The notes: generated from the letters alone by a model not told the origin. A stretch of DNA of 32,000 bases from Nonlabens ponticola (GCF_003966335.1 NZ_CP034549.1:2820001-2852000); one strand, 5' to 3'; positions 11,145 to 20,391 are shown, counted from the stretch's first letter. Numbers and translations: made by a program.

Positions 11145-12611
11145 TTACTTTTCTAGTTGGTTGAGTATGGTGGTAATCTTCTTGCGGTCGTCAAAATCGT
11201 GACGCACGCCATTTATCTCCTGATAGGTTTCATGGCCTTTTCCAGCGATGAGTATGATGTCGTTTTTGTTTGCGATGTTTGCCGCCGTTTTAATGGCTTG
11301 TTCTCTATTGACAATAGTCATTGATTTCTGGAAGTTTTGTGGCTGGACGCCAGCTTCCATGTCTTTTAAGATGGCTTCAGGATCTTCTGTACGTGGATTG
11401 TCACTGGTTAGGATGACTTTATTGCTCAAGCTGGTTGCAATATCTGCCATGATAGGCCTCTTTGATGTATCACGATCGCCACCGCAGCCTACTACGGTGA
11501 TCAATTGCGCATTTTTAGTACGTATGGCATTTATAGTCTGCAATACATTCTTGAGCGCATCTGGCGTGTGTGCATAGTCAATTATAGCGGTGATATTCTG
11601 CGCCTTTGTAGTGAAATATTGGAATCTACCTGAAACCCCATCGAGCTTTGAAATGGTTTCTAGCACCTCTAGTTCTTCCAATCCTAATTCAACGGCACAT
11701 GCATAAATCGCTAACACATTATAAGCGTTGAACTCGCCTATCATTTTAGTCCACAATTCCTGACCGTTGACTTTAAGCAGCAATCCACCAAATTGATTTT
11801 CTAGAATATTTCCCTGATAATCTGTATAGGTTTTTAAGGCATAACCTAGTTTTCTGGCCTTCGTATTTTGTACCATGACTGGTCCATTCTTATCATCCTT
11901 ATTATAGATAGCAAAAGCACATGTAGCCAACTCGTCAAAAAAACGCTTTTTGACATCGCGGTATTCTTTAAAGGAGTTATGATAATCGAGATGGTCGTGA
12001 GAAAGATTTGTGAAAATACCGCCTGCAAAATGTAGACCTGTGACACGCTCTTGAGAAATCCCATGGCTACTTACTTCCATAAAACAGTAATCCACACCAG
12101 CGTCTCTCATGCTGGCTAGATGCTTATTGATCGTCAATGGATCTGGTGTGGTATGCTTTGTAGGAACTACTACCTCATCGATTAATATCTCCACAGTACT
12201 GATCAAGCCAGTTTTATAACCACAATTTTTGAATAGCTGGTATAGCAAACTTGTGGTAGTGGTCTTACCGTTGGTTCCAGTAACGCCTATCAGTTTCAAA
12301 TCAGCTGATGGATTGTCATAAAAGTTTGCAGCCATCAGAGCCAAAGCCTTGTGTGAATTATCTACAACGACATAAGTAACTTTATTAATTTGAGTTACGG
12401 GCAGATTCTCGACAATCACTGCTGTAGCTCCATTTTCAATAGCCTTGTCGATATACTCATGGCCATCCATTTGAACACCTGTCAAAGCAACGAATACATC
12501 ATTGCCAGCAACAGATCTTGAGTCAAAATGAATATTCTCGATGGAAACATCTGTAGAGCCGATCACTTTTTCTAGGCTAACCTTATATAATATGTCCTTG
12601 AGCTGCATCAT
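11145..12611 (-). CDS. murE: UDP-N-acetylmuramoyl-L-alanyl-D-glutamate--2,6-diaminopimelate ligase MurE
   Basis: It has the P-loop [18 protein letters not shown]. The DNPRTEDP motif is characteristic of meso-DAP-adding MurE. Confidence 0.95.
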   Translation of the reverse strand: MMQLKDILYKVSLEKVIGSTDVSIENIHFDSRSVAGNDVFVALTGVQMDGHEYIDKAIENGATAVIVENLPVTQINKVTYVVVDNSHKALALMAANFYDNPSADLKLIGVTGTNGKTTTTSLLYQLFKNCGYKTGLISTVEILIDEVVVPTKHTTPDPLTINKHLASMRDAGVDYCFMEVSSHGISQERVTGLHFAGGIFTNLSHDHLDYHNSFKEYRDVKKRFFDELATCAFAIYNKDDKNGPVMVQNTKARKLGYALKTYTDYQGNILENQFGGLLLKVNGQELWTKMIGEFNAYNVLAIYACAVELGLEELEVLETISKLDGVSGRFQYFTTKAQNITAIIDYAHTPDALKNVLQTINAIRTKNAQLITVVGCGGDRDTSKRPIMADIATSLSNKVILTSDNPRTEDPEAILKDMEAGVQPQNFQKSMTIVNREQAIKTAANIANKNDIILIAGKGHETYQEINGVRHDFDDRKKITTILNQLEK

Positions 12612-14587
12612 GACAACGTCAATATTATTTGTTGGGATTTAGATATAGGAAGACCAGCTTTAATGCTTTGACCCTTTACTTTTCCTTTACCTTTTATGAT
12701 TACTCTAGCTCCCAAATTCTCCAGAATCGTGATCGCATCCATCGCATCCATTCCTGTGACATCGGGAAATGTTTTGTGTTCTTTCTGTACGCTGGTGTAG
12801 TAGGCGTTGATGTTCTCAATTACTGGTTCTGGCTGAGATTGTGGAATAGCAACCTCATTGGATTGTGGATTGCTGGCATAAATTTTCTGGGCAATCTTCT
12901 TAAATACTGGTCCAGCAACGATATTACCGTAATAACCTTTTTTTACGTCTGGTTTATGTATCACCACAATGCAGCTATATAAAGGTTTATCTGCTGGAAA
13001 GTAGCCAGCAAAAGATGCGATGTAATTTCCAGAACTTTTCCAATATTCTGTTTGACAGGTTCCTGTTTTACCAGCCATCGAGAAATCTTTAGAATACAGA
13101 TTGTCTGCCGTACCGCGACGCACGACATTCTCCATCATGACCTTTACCTTATCAATTGTCTCCTGACTACAGATTGACGGGTTCAAAATCTCGCGATCGT
13201 ATTGCTCAATAGTTTTTCCTTTTGAACGAACCTCTTTTATCAATCTAGGCTTTACCATGACACCATCGTTAGCGACCGCATTATAAAAAGTCAAGGTTTG
13301 CAAAGGCGTTAATTGAACACCGTAACCAAAGCCCATCCATGGCAGTGACAAACCGCTCCACGATTGATCATCTGGATGTGGTATAAATGGCCTGCCTTCT
13401 CCTATAATAGGTAACTCTAATTTTTTGTGCAGATTCATACTATACAAGCGATCCACATAACGTTCTGGACCACTGGAATAGTTATCCTGTATCATTTGAA
13501 CGAGTGCAGTATTTGAGGATACTTCAAAAGCTTTGGCAACGCTTATTTTGCCATAACCACCATATTTGGAGTCACGCACATTGCGACCGTAATAAGATAT
13601 TTTACCACCTTGTGTATCAAACACTGTACTTGTATCGACAACCTTGTCTTCTAATGCTGCGATGACGCTCATTAATTTGAAAGTAGAACCAGGCTCGTGC
13701 GATTCCCATAAAGCGTAATTGCGCTTTTCATAATACTTTCCACTTGATGCACGACCTAGATTTGAGAGTGCTTTGATCTCACCAGTGGCGACTTCCATAA
13801 CGACGGCTGTCCCATGATCTGCCTCAAAATATTCTAGTTGCTCAAGTAATGCATGATGCGCTACATCCTGCATGTTGACGTCGATCGTACTGTAAACATC
13901 CAGCCCATCTTGAGGCTCAATCTCATTCACATTATCAATGGGTTTCCACTGGTTTCCCGAGATTTTCTGGACGAGTCTAGATCCATTTTCACCTTTTAAA
14001 AATGTTGAATACGCACCTTCTAGACCTACACCGGCTTTGCCTGGCTCGTCATAGCCTACGAGGCGTTCGGCCATTTTTCCTAACGGATATTCTCTCACCA
14101 CATGCGGTTCTACAATCAATCCACCACGATAGGCACCGCGATTAAATAGCGCAAAACTCTTGATCTCCATAAGATCAGAGTAGCCTACATCGCTGGCGAT
14201 CTTGAGATACCTAGAATTGGTGGCTCTCGCCCTACGGAATTTCTTGAGGTAAAATGATTTTGGTTTATTTAGCTTTCGCGAAAGCTGACTAGACAACTTG
14301 TCCACACCTGCGTTAAAGTCTTTATCGCTAGGTGCCACCGCATCAAACCTGATGTCGTATTTTGAAATAGAGGTTGCAAGTAGCTGACCGTTTGCATCGT
14401 ATAGATTACCACGATTAGCGTCTACTACCTGCGTGCGGAATATGCGTTGCTCGGCTTTGGCGCGGTATTCATCACCTTCTACGAATTGTATACGTGCAAT
14501 TTGAGCGGCAATGGCTAGACCCATGATGCCAAAAAAGATGCTCACGACATAGATACGGCTCAGTATTTTTTTATCAGTCGTTGCCAT
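12608..14587 (-). CDS. ftsI: Penicillin-binding protein / peptidoglycan D,D-transpeptidase FtsI with a C-terminal PASTA-like domain
   Basis: It has the transpeptidase motifs STFK and KTGT and an N-terminal TM helix. The likely start is the ATG at 14587 (MATTDKKILSRIYVV), not the ORF-track start at 14665, which lies deep inside ftsL. Confidence 0.92.
   Translation of the reverse strand: MATTDKKILSRIYVVSIFFGIMGLAIAAQIARIQFVEGDEYRAKAEQRIFRTQVVDANRGNLYDANGQLLATSISKYDIRFDAVAPSDKDFNAGVDKLSSQLSRKLNKPKSFYLKKFRRARATNSRYLKIASDVGYSDLMEIKSFALFNRGAYRGGLIVEPHVVREYPLGKMAERLVGYDEPGKAGVGLEGAYSTFLKGENGSRLVQKISGNQWKPIDNVNEIEPQDGLDVYSTIDVNMQDVAHHALLEQLEYFEADHGTAVVMEVATGEIKALSNLGRASSGKYYEKRNYALWESHEPGSTFKLMSVIAALEDKVVDTSTVFDTQGGKISYYGRNVRDSKYGGYGKISVAKAFEVSSNTALVQMIQDNYSSGPERYVDRLYSMNLHKKLELPIIGEGRPFIPHPDDQSWSGLSLPWMGFGYGVQLTPLQTLTFYNAVANDGVMVKPRLIKEVRSKGKTIEQYDREILNPSICSQETIDKVKVMMENVVRRGTADNLYSKDFSMAGKTGTCQTEYWKSSGNYIASFAGYFPADKPLYSCIVVIHKPDVKKGYYGNIVAGPVFKKIAQKIYASNPQSNEVAIPQSQPEPVIENINAYYTSVQKEHKTFPDVTGMDAMDAITILENLGARVIIKGKGKVKGQSIKAGLPISKSQQIILTLS
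14272..14285. repeat. Iterated palindrome GCTTTCGCGAAAGC, copy 4 (inside ftsI, encodes LSRKL)
   Basis: An exact 14-mer, palindromic over 16 bp as AGCTTTCGCGAAAGCT. FtsI reads QLSRKLN here. Confidence 0.99.
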
Positions 14588-14903
14588 CTTGCTGTGATTT
14601 AACGGTGATCTTTTGTGGTGGACTGCTAGGCGGCTTGATACCAGTAGGCTTGAGATTACTAGCAATTGTGGATTCCATTTGCAAAAACATAAGCTCGCGC
14701 TGACCTTCTACATATTGACTGCGCAACTCATTTACTTCCTCGTTGAGTTGTGAGATGTAATGTGATTTTCTTTCTAGCGAGTGCCCGCTGTAGATCATGA
14801 TGAGTGCTAGCATTGCTGAAAACAGCATGAACTTCCAGTTCTTGAGCGCATCATCGTTGGTAAGGAAACTACCGCGCAATATGTTTGTGAATCGATTTGC
14901 CAT
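14574..14903 (-). CDS. ftsL: FtsL-like small bitopic cell division protein
   Basis: It is about 109 aa starting MANRFTNILRG, with one TM helix (FMLFSAMLALIMIYSG) followed by a coiled-coil-like stretch. It lies between rsmH and ftsI. Its ATG sits 1 nt after the rsmH TAG (TAG C ATG). Confidence 0.75.
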   Translation of the reverse strand: MANRFTNILRGSFLTNDDALKNWKFMLFSAMLALIMIYSGHSLERKSHYISQLNEEVNELRSQYVEGQRELMFLQMESTIASNLKPTGIKPPSSPPQKITVKSQQDGND

Positions 14904-14904
14904 G

Positions 14905-15825
14905 CTAGTCTTCCTCGATTTTTGTAGCGATGCGCAGTTTTGCACTGCGAGCACGGCTATTCTCTTTTAGCTCTTCTTGAGATGGCACAATGAGTCCACC
15001 AACTTTTTTAAAAGGCACCTCAACCCGACCGAAAACATCTTTCTCTGGTTCACCTTCAAAAAGACCATTGCGTATAAATCTCTTAACTGGCCTATCCTCT
15101 AGAGAATGATAGGATATCACGCTCAATCTACCGCCAGTTTTAAGCACCTCGCGAGATTGCTGGAGAAATGCATAAAGCGCCTCCATTTCTTTATTGACCT
15201 CTATACGTATGGCTTGAAAGATTTGCGCCATCTGTTTATTCTCAATACGCGCAGGTACTAGCGGCGCACAGACTTTTCGCAAATCGGCAACGGTCAAAAT
15301 AGCTTGCTCTTCTCTGGCTTTGGTAATTTCTCTTGCAATGCGCGGCGCATTGCGCAACTCTCCATAATGCTTGAATATGCGCTGTAAATCCTCGACAGAA
15401 TAATCATTGACTATCTGTACAGCATCTACAGCAGCTTTTTGATCCATGCGCATATCTAGTCGAGAATCAAATCGTGTTGAAAAACCACGGCTAGGTTCAT
15501 TGAACTGGTGTGAACTCACACCAAGATCTGCTAGAATCCCATCCACTTTTTTGACTCCGTAAAGTCTAAGAAACCGCTTGAGGTATTGAAAATTTTGAGG
15601 TATGAGTTCAAAGCGTGGATCATCAATAGCATTTGCCTGCGCATCAGGATCTTGATCAAAGGCATATAATTTGCCGTCATCGCCTAATCTATTGAGTATC
15701 TCGCGAGAATGACCACCACCACCAAAGGTGACATCGACATAAACACCATCGGGTTTTATATCGAGTCCATCAATGGATTCCTGTAATAAAACAGGATTAT
15801 GATAAGAGGTCTGTTGTGTCATCAC
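14905..15825 (-). CDS. rsmH: 16S rRNA (cytosine1402-N4)-methyltransferase RsmH (MraW)
   Basis: It has YHNPVLLQESIDGL and the SAM-binding DVTFGGGGHS motif, and it is the second gene of the dcw cluster. Confidence 0.95.
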   Translation of the reverse strand: MMTQQTSYHNPVLLQESIDGLDIKPDGVYVDVTFGGGGHSREILNRLGDDGKLYAFDQDPDAQANAIDDPRFELIPQNFQYLKRFLRLYGVKKVDGILADLGVSSHQFNEPSRGFSTRFDSRLDMRMDQKAAVDAVQIVNDYSVEDLQRIFKHYGELRNAPRIAREITKAREEQAILTVADLRKVCAPLVPARIENKQMAQIFQAIRIEVNKEMEALYAFLQQSREVLKTGGRLSVISYHSLEDRPVKRFIRNGLFEGEPEKDVFGRVEVPFKKVGGLIVPSQEELKENSRARSAKLRIATKIEED

Positions 15826-16264
15826 CCATTACTTCTTGTGCGAGGTCTGCAAAATCTACTGATGCATCGTCAATCGCTTTTTCATATTTATCCTTATCCC
15901 ATATCTCGATGATATTGATCGCGCTCGAGATGGTGAGCTCCTTTGAGATACCAGCTTTTTCAATTAGATCTTTTGGGATAAGCAGACGGCCGTTAGAATC
16001 AATCTCGACCACTTTGGCGCCAGCTGTAAATCGACGTATAAAGTCATTATTCTTTTGCTTAAAGCGGTTGAGCTTACCCATTTTGGCCATGACAAGATTC
16101 CATTCTTCCATAGGATATAATTCAATACACGGCTGGAAGACACTGCGTCTCATGACAAATCCTTGCTCTATCATAGGAAGCAATTGCTTCTTGATAGCAG
16201 CAGGCATCATGAAGCGACCCTTGGCATCTGCCTTGCACTCGTATGTTCCTATGAAATTGGTCAT
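15797..16264 (-). CDS. mraZ: Transcriptional regulator MraZ
   Basis: 155 aa. It starts FIGTYECKADAKGRFMMPAAIKKQL and has a second SpoVT/AbrB-like repeat, DSNGRLLIPKDL. It is the first gene of the cluster. Confidence 0.95.
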   Translation of the reverse strand: MTNFIGTYECKADAKGRFMMPAAIKKQLLPMIEQGFVMRRSVFQPCIELYPMEEWNLVMAKMGKLNRFKQKNNDFIRRFTAGAKVVEIDSNGRLLIPKDLIEKAGISKELTISSAINIIEIWDKDKYEKAIDDASVDFADLAQEVMGDDTTDLLS

Positions 16265-16292
16265 TGAAATAGCTCTATTGCGCTGATCTAAT

Positions 16293-16300
16293 CAAATATA
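16293..16300 (-). promoter_or_regulatory. Putative Bacteroidota -7 promoter box TATATTTG for the mraZ/dcw operon
   Basis: The minus strand reads TATATTTG, an exact match to the TAnnTTTG consensus. It ends 28 nt upstream of the mraZ ATG. Confidence 0.55.
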
Positions 16301-16310
16301 GAAAAGTTAT

Positions 16311-16336
16311 CTCCACAATTTACCACTTTTTACCAC
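16311..16336 (-). promoter_or_regulatory. Putative MraZ operator: three direct GTGG(T/A)(A/G) repeats with 10-bp phasing
   Basis: The minus strand reads caatGTGGTAaaaaGTGGTAaattGTGGAGataac. The repeat starts are exactly 10 bp apart, immediately upstream of the -7 box. Confidence 0.6.
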
Positions 16337-16489
16337 ATTGTTAATAAAACGCACCATATCTGAATAACTACGGCAGTTATGAACAATGAAAAATCACGAC
16401 TCAGATTATTCGTGCCTGGTTAATCAGACGTCTTTAAGATGGACTTTTTAATCTTTGTGTGCTGCTCAATGGCATTAGAGCAATTGCCC

Positions 16490-16497
16490 TATATTTG
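16490..16497 (+). promoter_or_regulatory. Putative -7 promoter box TATATTTG for the hydrolase-engB unit
   Basis: It matches TAnnTTTG exactly and ends 18 nt upstream of the ATG at 16516. It falls inside the GTG-initiated ORF-track extension, which argues for the ATG start. Confidence 0.5.
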
Positions 16498-16515
16498 TCT
16501 TTGACAACGATTTCT

Positions 16516-17280
16516 ATGGCTCAAGAATTAATAAAGGATGGTAAGTTTGAGTATTACTCAAAAGGAGAAGGAACTCCTATCATCATTTTACATGGTCTCA
16601 TGGGCGGCTTGAGTAATTTTCAAGGCGTTATTGATTTCTTTCCAGAAAAAGGCTATCAGGTCATTGCGCCATCTTTACCACTTTACACCATGCCTCTGGT
16701 TAAAACTAGCGTAGGCACGTTTGCAAAACACATCAAGAAATTCATTGACCATCTAGGGTTGGAAGATGTCATTCTTTTAGGCAATTCGCTAGGCGGACAC
16801 ATTGGTTTAGTGACTACAAAACTGTATCCAGAAAAAATCAAAGCACTCGTTATTACTGGAAGTTCTGGTTTGTATGAAAGTGCTATGGGCGAGAGCTACC
16901 CTAAACGTGGTGACTATGAGTATATCAAGAAGAAGAGTGAAGATGTATTTTATGATCCTGCGGTAGCGACTAAGGAAATTGTAGATGAGGTTTTTGGAGT
17001 GGTGAACGATCGTAAAAAATTGATTAAAACCTTGGCCATTGCAAAAAGCGCCATACGCCACAACATGTCAAAGGACTTGCCTAACATGACTACGCCTACC
17101 TGTATCATTTGGGGAAAGCAGGATGGCGTAACGCCACCAGATGTTGCCATTGAGTTTGATGAAAAGCTACCTGACAGCAAACTGTACTGGATTGATAAGT
17201 GCGGCCACGCAGCGATGATGGAGCATCCAGACGAGTTCAACGAGGTGCTGTATAGCTGGTTGCAAGAGCGACAATTCTAG
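16516..17280 (+). CDS. Alpha/beta fold hydrolase
   Basis: It has the nucleophile elbow GNSLGG, an N-terminal HG motif (IIILHGLMGG) and a C-terminal catalytic His context (KCGHAAMMEHPDEF). The start is moved to the ATG at 16516. Confidence 0.85.
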   Translation: MAQELIKDGKFEYYSKGEGTPIIILHGLMGGLSNFQGVIDFFPEKGYQVIAPSLPLYTMPLVKTSVGTFAKHIKKFIDHLGLEDVILLGNSLGGHIGLVTTKLYPEKIKALVITGSSGLYESAMGESYPKRGDYEYIKKKSEDVFYDPAVATKEIVDEVFGVVNDRKKLIKTLAIAKSAIRHNMSKDLPNMTTPTCIIWGKQDGVTPPDVAIEFDEKLPDSKLYWIDKCGHAAMMEHPDEFNEVLYSWLQERQF

Positions 17281-17305
17281 AGATTATTCTTTTACTTACT
17301 GAGTT

Positions 17306-17911
17306 ATGAAAATCAACACGGCAGAGTTTGTTATATCCAATCAGGACGTATCAAAATGCCCTAAGAACCGTATACCTGAATATGCCTTTATAGGTAGATC
17401 CAATGTGGGTAAATCTTCCTTGATCAATATGCTGGCAGACCATAAAAATCTAGCCAAAACATCTGGAAGACCTGGAAAAACACAACTCATTAATCACTTC
17501 TTGATCAACAAGGAATGGTATCTGGTAGATCTACCAGGTTATGGATATGCACGAGTTTCAAAGTCAAATAAGAAGAAGTTCCAGAAATTCATTACGAATT
17601 ATTTTGAGCAACGCGAGCAACTGGTAAGTGCATTTGTTCTTGTCGATATACGCCACGAGCCACAGCCTATTGACATGGAGTTCATGGAATACCTTGGTGT
17701 TAATGGCATACCATTCAGTATTATATTTACTAAGGCTGATAAGTTGAAACCTAATGCAATAGATCGTAATGTAGAGGTCTACAAGAACATTTTGCTAGAA
17801 AGCATCTGGGAAGAGATACCACCTTACTTTATAACAAGCTCCAGCCATAAAACGGGTCGCGATGAGGTGCTTAACTACATCCAATCGATTAATGAGAACA
17901 TGAATCAGTGA
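17306..17911 (+). CDS. engB: Ribosome biogenesis GTP-binding protein YihA/YsxC (EngB)
   Basis: It has the G1 motif [13 protein letters not shown]3 DLPGYGYA and G4 TKADK, with the typical size of 201 aa. Confidence 0.92.
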   Translation: MKINTAEFVISNQDVSKCPKNRIPEYAFIGRSNVGKSSLINMLADHKNLAKTSGRPGKTQLINHFLINKEWYLVDLPGYGYARVSKSNKKKFQKFITNYFEQREQLVSAFVLVDIRHEPQPIDMEFMEYLGVNGIPFSIIFTKADKLKPNAIDRNVEVYKNILLESIWEEIPPYFITSSSHKTGRDEVLNYIQSINENMNQ

Positions 17912-18135
17912 TCGTTGATGGTATTCTTTCTTATATCCTTTAATAAGTACTCGATACCTTCAACTTTCATATCGCAAACGGTTTGAAGATATCTACCTAG
18001 CTTACCATCAGGAAATCCCTTGCGGCGATACCAGATATAATAAGGCTCTGGAATATCGCTCAAGAACTGTCCTTTGTATTTGCCATAAGGCATCTTGTAC
18101 CATGCAAGTTCAACAAGCGACTTTGGATCTAGCAC
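17905..18135 (-). CDS. DUF3820 family protein (QSregVF_b-like)
   Basis: 76 aa with the pattern [33 protein letters not shown], which I recognise as DUF3820. It begins 9 nt after the gldC stop. Confidence 0.75.
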   Translation of the reverse strand: MLDPKSLVELAWYKMPYGKYKGQFLSDIPEPYYIWYRRKGFPDGKLGRYLQTVCDMKVEGIEYLLKDIRKNTINDH

Positions 18136-18144
18136 AATGTCGCT

Positions 18145-18489
18145 TTAGGAATCCTTCTTAAGATCCAGCTTCTCTGCAAAGTAGTCGCAAAAGTCAAGCA
18201 TCGTATCACGCATCTTCTCATCGTTGGTTGCTCGATGATAGGTATCTGCCATGCTTACCAGTGTCTGGTGAAAGAAGACACGCATCTCGTCAACAGGCAT
18301 ATCCTTTGTCCATAAATCAATACGGAAGCTCTCTTTCTCGACGCTATCCCACATGGATACCATCATGGCTTTTGAAACGGCAGTATCCACGCCACCATCT
18401 GGCGCGCTCCACACGATGTTCTCGGGAACTCGATTCTCATCCAGCTCAATTCCTATACGTATCTCTGATCTTTTGCTCTTCTTACTCAT
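18145..18489 (-). CDS. gldC: Gliding motility protein GldC
   Basis: 114 aa. The stretches IELDENRVPENIVWSAPDGG and RIDLWTKDMPVDEM match my memory of GldC. It lies immediately downstream of gldB, as in Flavobacterium johnsoniae. Confidence 0.85.
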   Translation of the reverse strand: MSKKSKRSEIRIGIELDENRVPENIVWSAPDGGVDTAVSKAMMVSMWDSVEKESFRIDLWTKDMPVDEMRVFFHQTLVSMADTYHRATNDEKMRDTMLDFCDYFAEKLDLKKDS

Positions 18490-18491
18490 TA

Positions 18492-19469
18492 CTATCTTGC
18501 TGGTTTATATTTTGAATCGTTGAATAAAGTCGTTGCTGGCACACTAATTAAATCTTCTAGCTGTATAACGTTGTTATCCATATAAGCTGATACGATCTTG
18601 TAACCTATGAATCGTGCAATCGCACCTGGAGTCTGGTTATCTATTTCTAGATAAAATTTAGAAAAAGGTCCAGGTGCCATAAATCTAGCTTGTAACTGTT
18701 GGTCGGTGCTGTACAACACATCATTATCAATGAAGTATCGCCACACTTGTTCCTCGCTATTGACCGCAAAATCATATTTCTCTTGAGAATATCCCAATCG
18801 ATATGAAGCTGCCGTAGTTGGCGCAAATTGTTCCTGCAGGTACAGCAACTTACCGTGATAAATCATCTGGTCTAGAAATGTGCGGCCTTGAGCTGGTGGC
18901 ACAAATAGTTGTGCATACTCCATGGCAACATCAGGTACGATATTCTCGGGATTCATGCGAGCAGTTTTGTACCTACTTATACCAGCATAAAGTTCATGGT
19001 CGCTGCCCAGATAGTTATCGATACCTATGATAAGATATTGCGGCGTGGCTACTACATTAAGATCGTCATCAACTTCAGTCAAGACAGTGACGACATTAGT
19101 CTCTTTAAATTCTGGAAAGTAATACTTGACATGGCGCATCACATCTTCTACCTCATCCTGTAGTTGATCGTATTTAAAATCGGCCTCATTCACGGCATTC
19201 ATGAGTAGATTGTGGATGGTGTCGCGACCTTGAAGTTTTGCTAGCCAGATGCTATCGGGAACTGATGCAGGAAAAAAAACCGGATACTCACTTTGAAAAG
19301 TTGGTAATTCTGCGGGTTTTAAATTGTCAAACTCTTGATGAAATTTGATAAACTCAACTTGCAATGGGATATTTGATATCTCGGCTTCTTGTTTGCTTGA
19401 AGATGTGCATGAGGATAACGCTTTCGCGAAAGCTAACACTACAAAAACCCTTAGCATCTTGTTAATCAT
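18492..19469 (-). CDS. gldB: Gliding motility lipoprotein GldB
   Basis: 325 aa with a lipoprotein signal peptide and lipobox (LAFAKALSSC). Its size and gldB-gldC synteny next to nadE fit GldB. Confidence 0.8.
   Translation of the reverse strand: MINKMLRVFVVLAFAKALSSCTSSSKQEAEISNIPLQVEFIKFHQEFDNLKPAELPTFQSEYPVFFPASVPDSIWLAKLQGRDTIHNLLMNAVNEADFKYDQLQDEVEDVMRHVKYYFPEFKETNVVTVLTEVDDDLNVVATPQYLIIGIDNYLGSDHELYAGISRYKTARMNPENIVPDVAMEYAQLFVPPAQGRTFLDQMIYHGKLLYLQEQFAPTTAASYRLGYSQEKYDFAVNSEEQVWRYFIDNDVLYSTDQQLQARFMAPGPFSKFYLEIDNQTPGAIARFIGYKIVSAYMDNNVIQLEDLISVPATTLFNDSKYKPAR
19420..19433. repeat. Iterated palindrome GCTTTCGCGAAAGC, copy 5 (inside the gldB signal peptide, encodes AFAKA)
   Basis: An exact 14-mer. 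GldB reads VLAFAKALSSC here. Confidence 0.99.
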
Positions 19470-19500
19470 AAGAACGTTGAAAAGAGATTGAATATTTTTA

Positions 19501-19508
19501 CAAAAATA
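19501..19508 (-). promoter_or_regulatory. Putative -7 box TATTTTTG for gldB
   Basis: The minus strand reads TATTTTTG (TAnnTTTG), ending 31 nt upstream of the gldB ATG. It sits within the 44-bp gldB/nadE divergent spacer. Confidence 0.45.
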
Positions 19509-19513
19509 CGATT

Positions 19514-20302
19514 ATGAAGGTAGATCTAGTAGCACAGGCTATTGCAAAATGGCTTAAAGATTATGCTGATAACGCAGGCGTCAAAGGATATGTTGTTGGA
19601 GTAAGCGGTGGTATTGATAGCGCGGTGACCTCATCTCTTTGCGCACTAACAGGGCTGGATGTCTTGTGCGTTGAGATGCCTATACATCAGCATAAAGATC
19701 ATGTAACGCGTGCGCAGGAACATATCAAACAACTCAAAGCGCGATTTGACAACGTGCGTGACGTGCGCAGTGACCTTACACCAGTATTTGACAGTTTTAT
19801 AGCTGCCATGCCTGAGAGTGAGATGAATGACCTGGTGGCACTAACCCAAGGAAACACGAGAGCACGATTAAGAATGACTACACTTTATTATCACGCAGGG
19901 ATCAATGGACTATTAGTCGCAGGTACGGGAAATAAAGTAGAAGATTTTGGTGTAGGATTTTACACCAAATACGGTGATGGTGGCGTCGATGTAAGTCCCA
20001 TTGCCGATTTATTAAAAAGTCAAGTATATAAATTAGGGAAATATTTACAGGTTCCTGAAAGCATCATGACTGCAGCTCCCAGCGACGGACTTTATGGTGC
20101 AGAAAAAACCGATGAAGACCAGATAGGCGCGAGTTATGATGAGCTTGAATGGGCTATGAAACAAGTAGATAAGGATAAAACTGTAGATGCTTTTAAAGGA
20201 CGTGAAAGAGAAGTCTTAAACATATATTTAACGTTGAATAGACGTAACCAGCACAAGATGAAACCTATACCTGTTTGGGAATTTCCAACTCAATTACAAT
20301 AA
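19514..20302 (+). CDS. nadE: Ammonia-dependent NAD(+) synthetase NadE
   Basis: It has the PP-loop GVSGGIDSAV. The size (262 aa) and C-terminal pattern are typical of NadE. Confidence 0.92.
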   Translation: MKVDLVAQAIAKWLKDYADNAGVKGYVVGVSGGIDSAVTSSLCALTGLDVLCVEMPIHQHKDHVTRAQEHIKQLKARFDNVRDVRSDLTPVFDSFIAAMPESEMNDLVALTQGNTRARLRMTTLYYHAGINGLLVAGTGNKVEDFGVGFYTKYGDGGVDVSPIADLLKSQVYKLGKYLQVPESIMTAAPSDGLYGAEKTDEDQIGASYDELEWAMKQVDKDKTVDAFKGREREVLNIYLTLNRRNQHKMKPIPVWEFPTQLQ

Positions 20303-20373
20303 GTTTAACCATAAAGTGCTGTGAAGTACGTATTTACCTACGAATATTAACGGTAAAAAGTGTTTATTGATTC

Positions 20374-20381
20374 TATCTTTG
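20374..20381 (+). promoter_or_regulatory. Putative -7 box TATCTTTG for the response regulator gene
   Basis: It matches TAnnTTTG exactly and ends 10 nt upstream of the ATG at 20392. Confidence 0.45.
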
Positions 20382-20391
20382 TATCAAACAA

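Noticed and set aside
824-16264. murF and ddl are absent from the dcw cluster.
   Set aside because: As far as I recall, the order mraZ-rsmH-ftsL-ftsI-murE-mraY-murD-ftsW-murG-murC-ftsQ-ftsA-ftsZ without murF or ddl is the usual Bacteroidota arrangement. Those genes are expected elsewhere, so this is not an anomaly.
419-16286. There are many 60-156 aa ORFs on the plus strand opposite the dcw genes, for example 419-730, 2433-2843, 2807-3256, 3235-3666 and 15816-16286. Similar antisense ORFs occur elsewhere, such as 21550-21936, 25483-25866, 27828-28055 and 29998-30280.
   Set aside because: Each lies entirely antisense to a gene whose product carries unmistakable family motifs. Their translations are low-complexity, Ser/Cys/Leu-rich and lack recognisable features. 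They are shadow ORFs.
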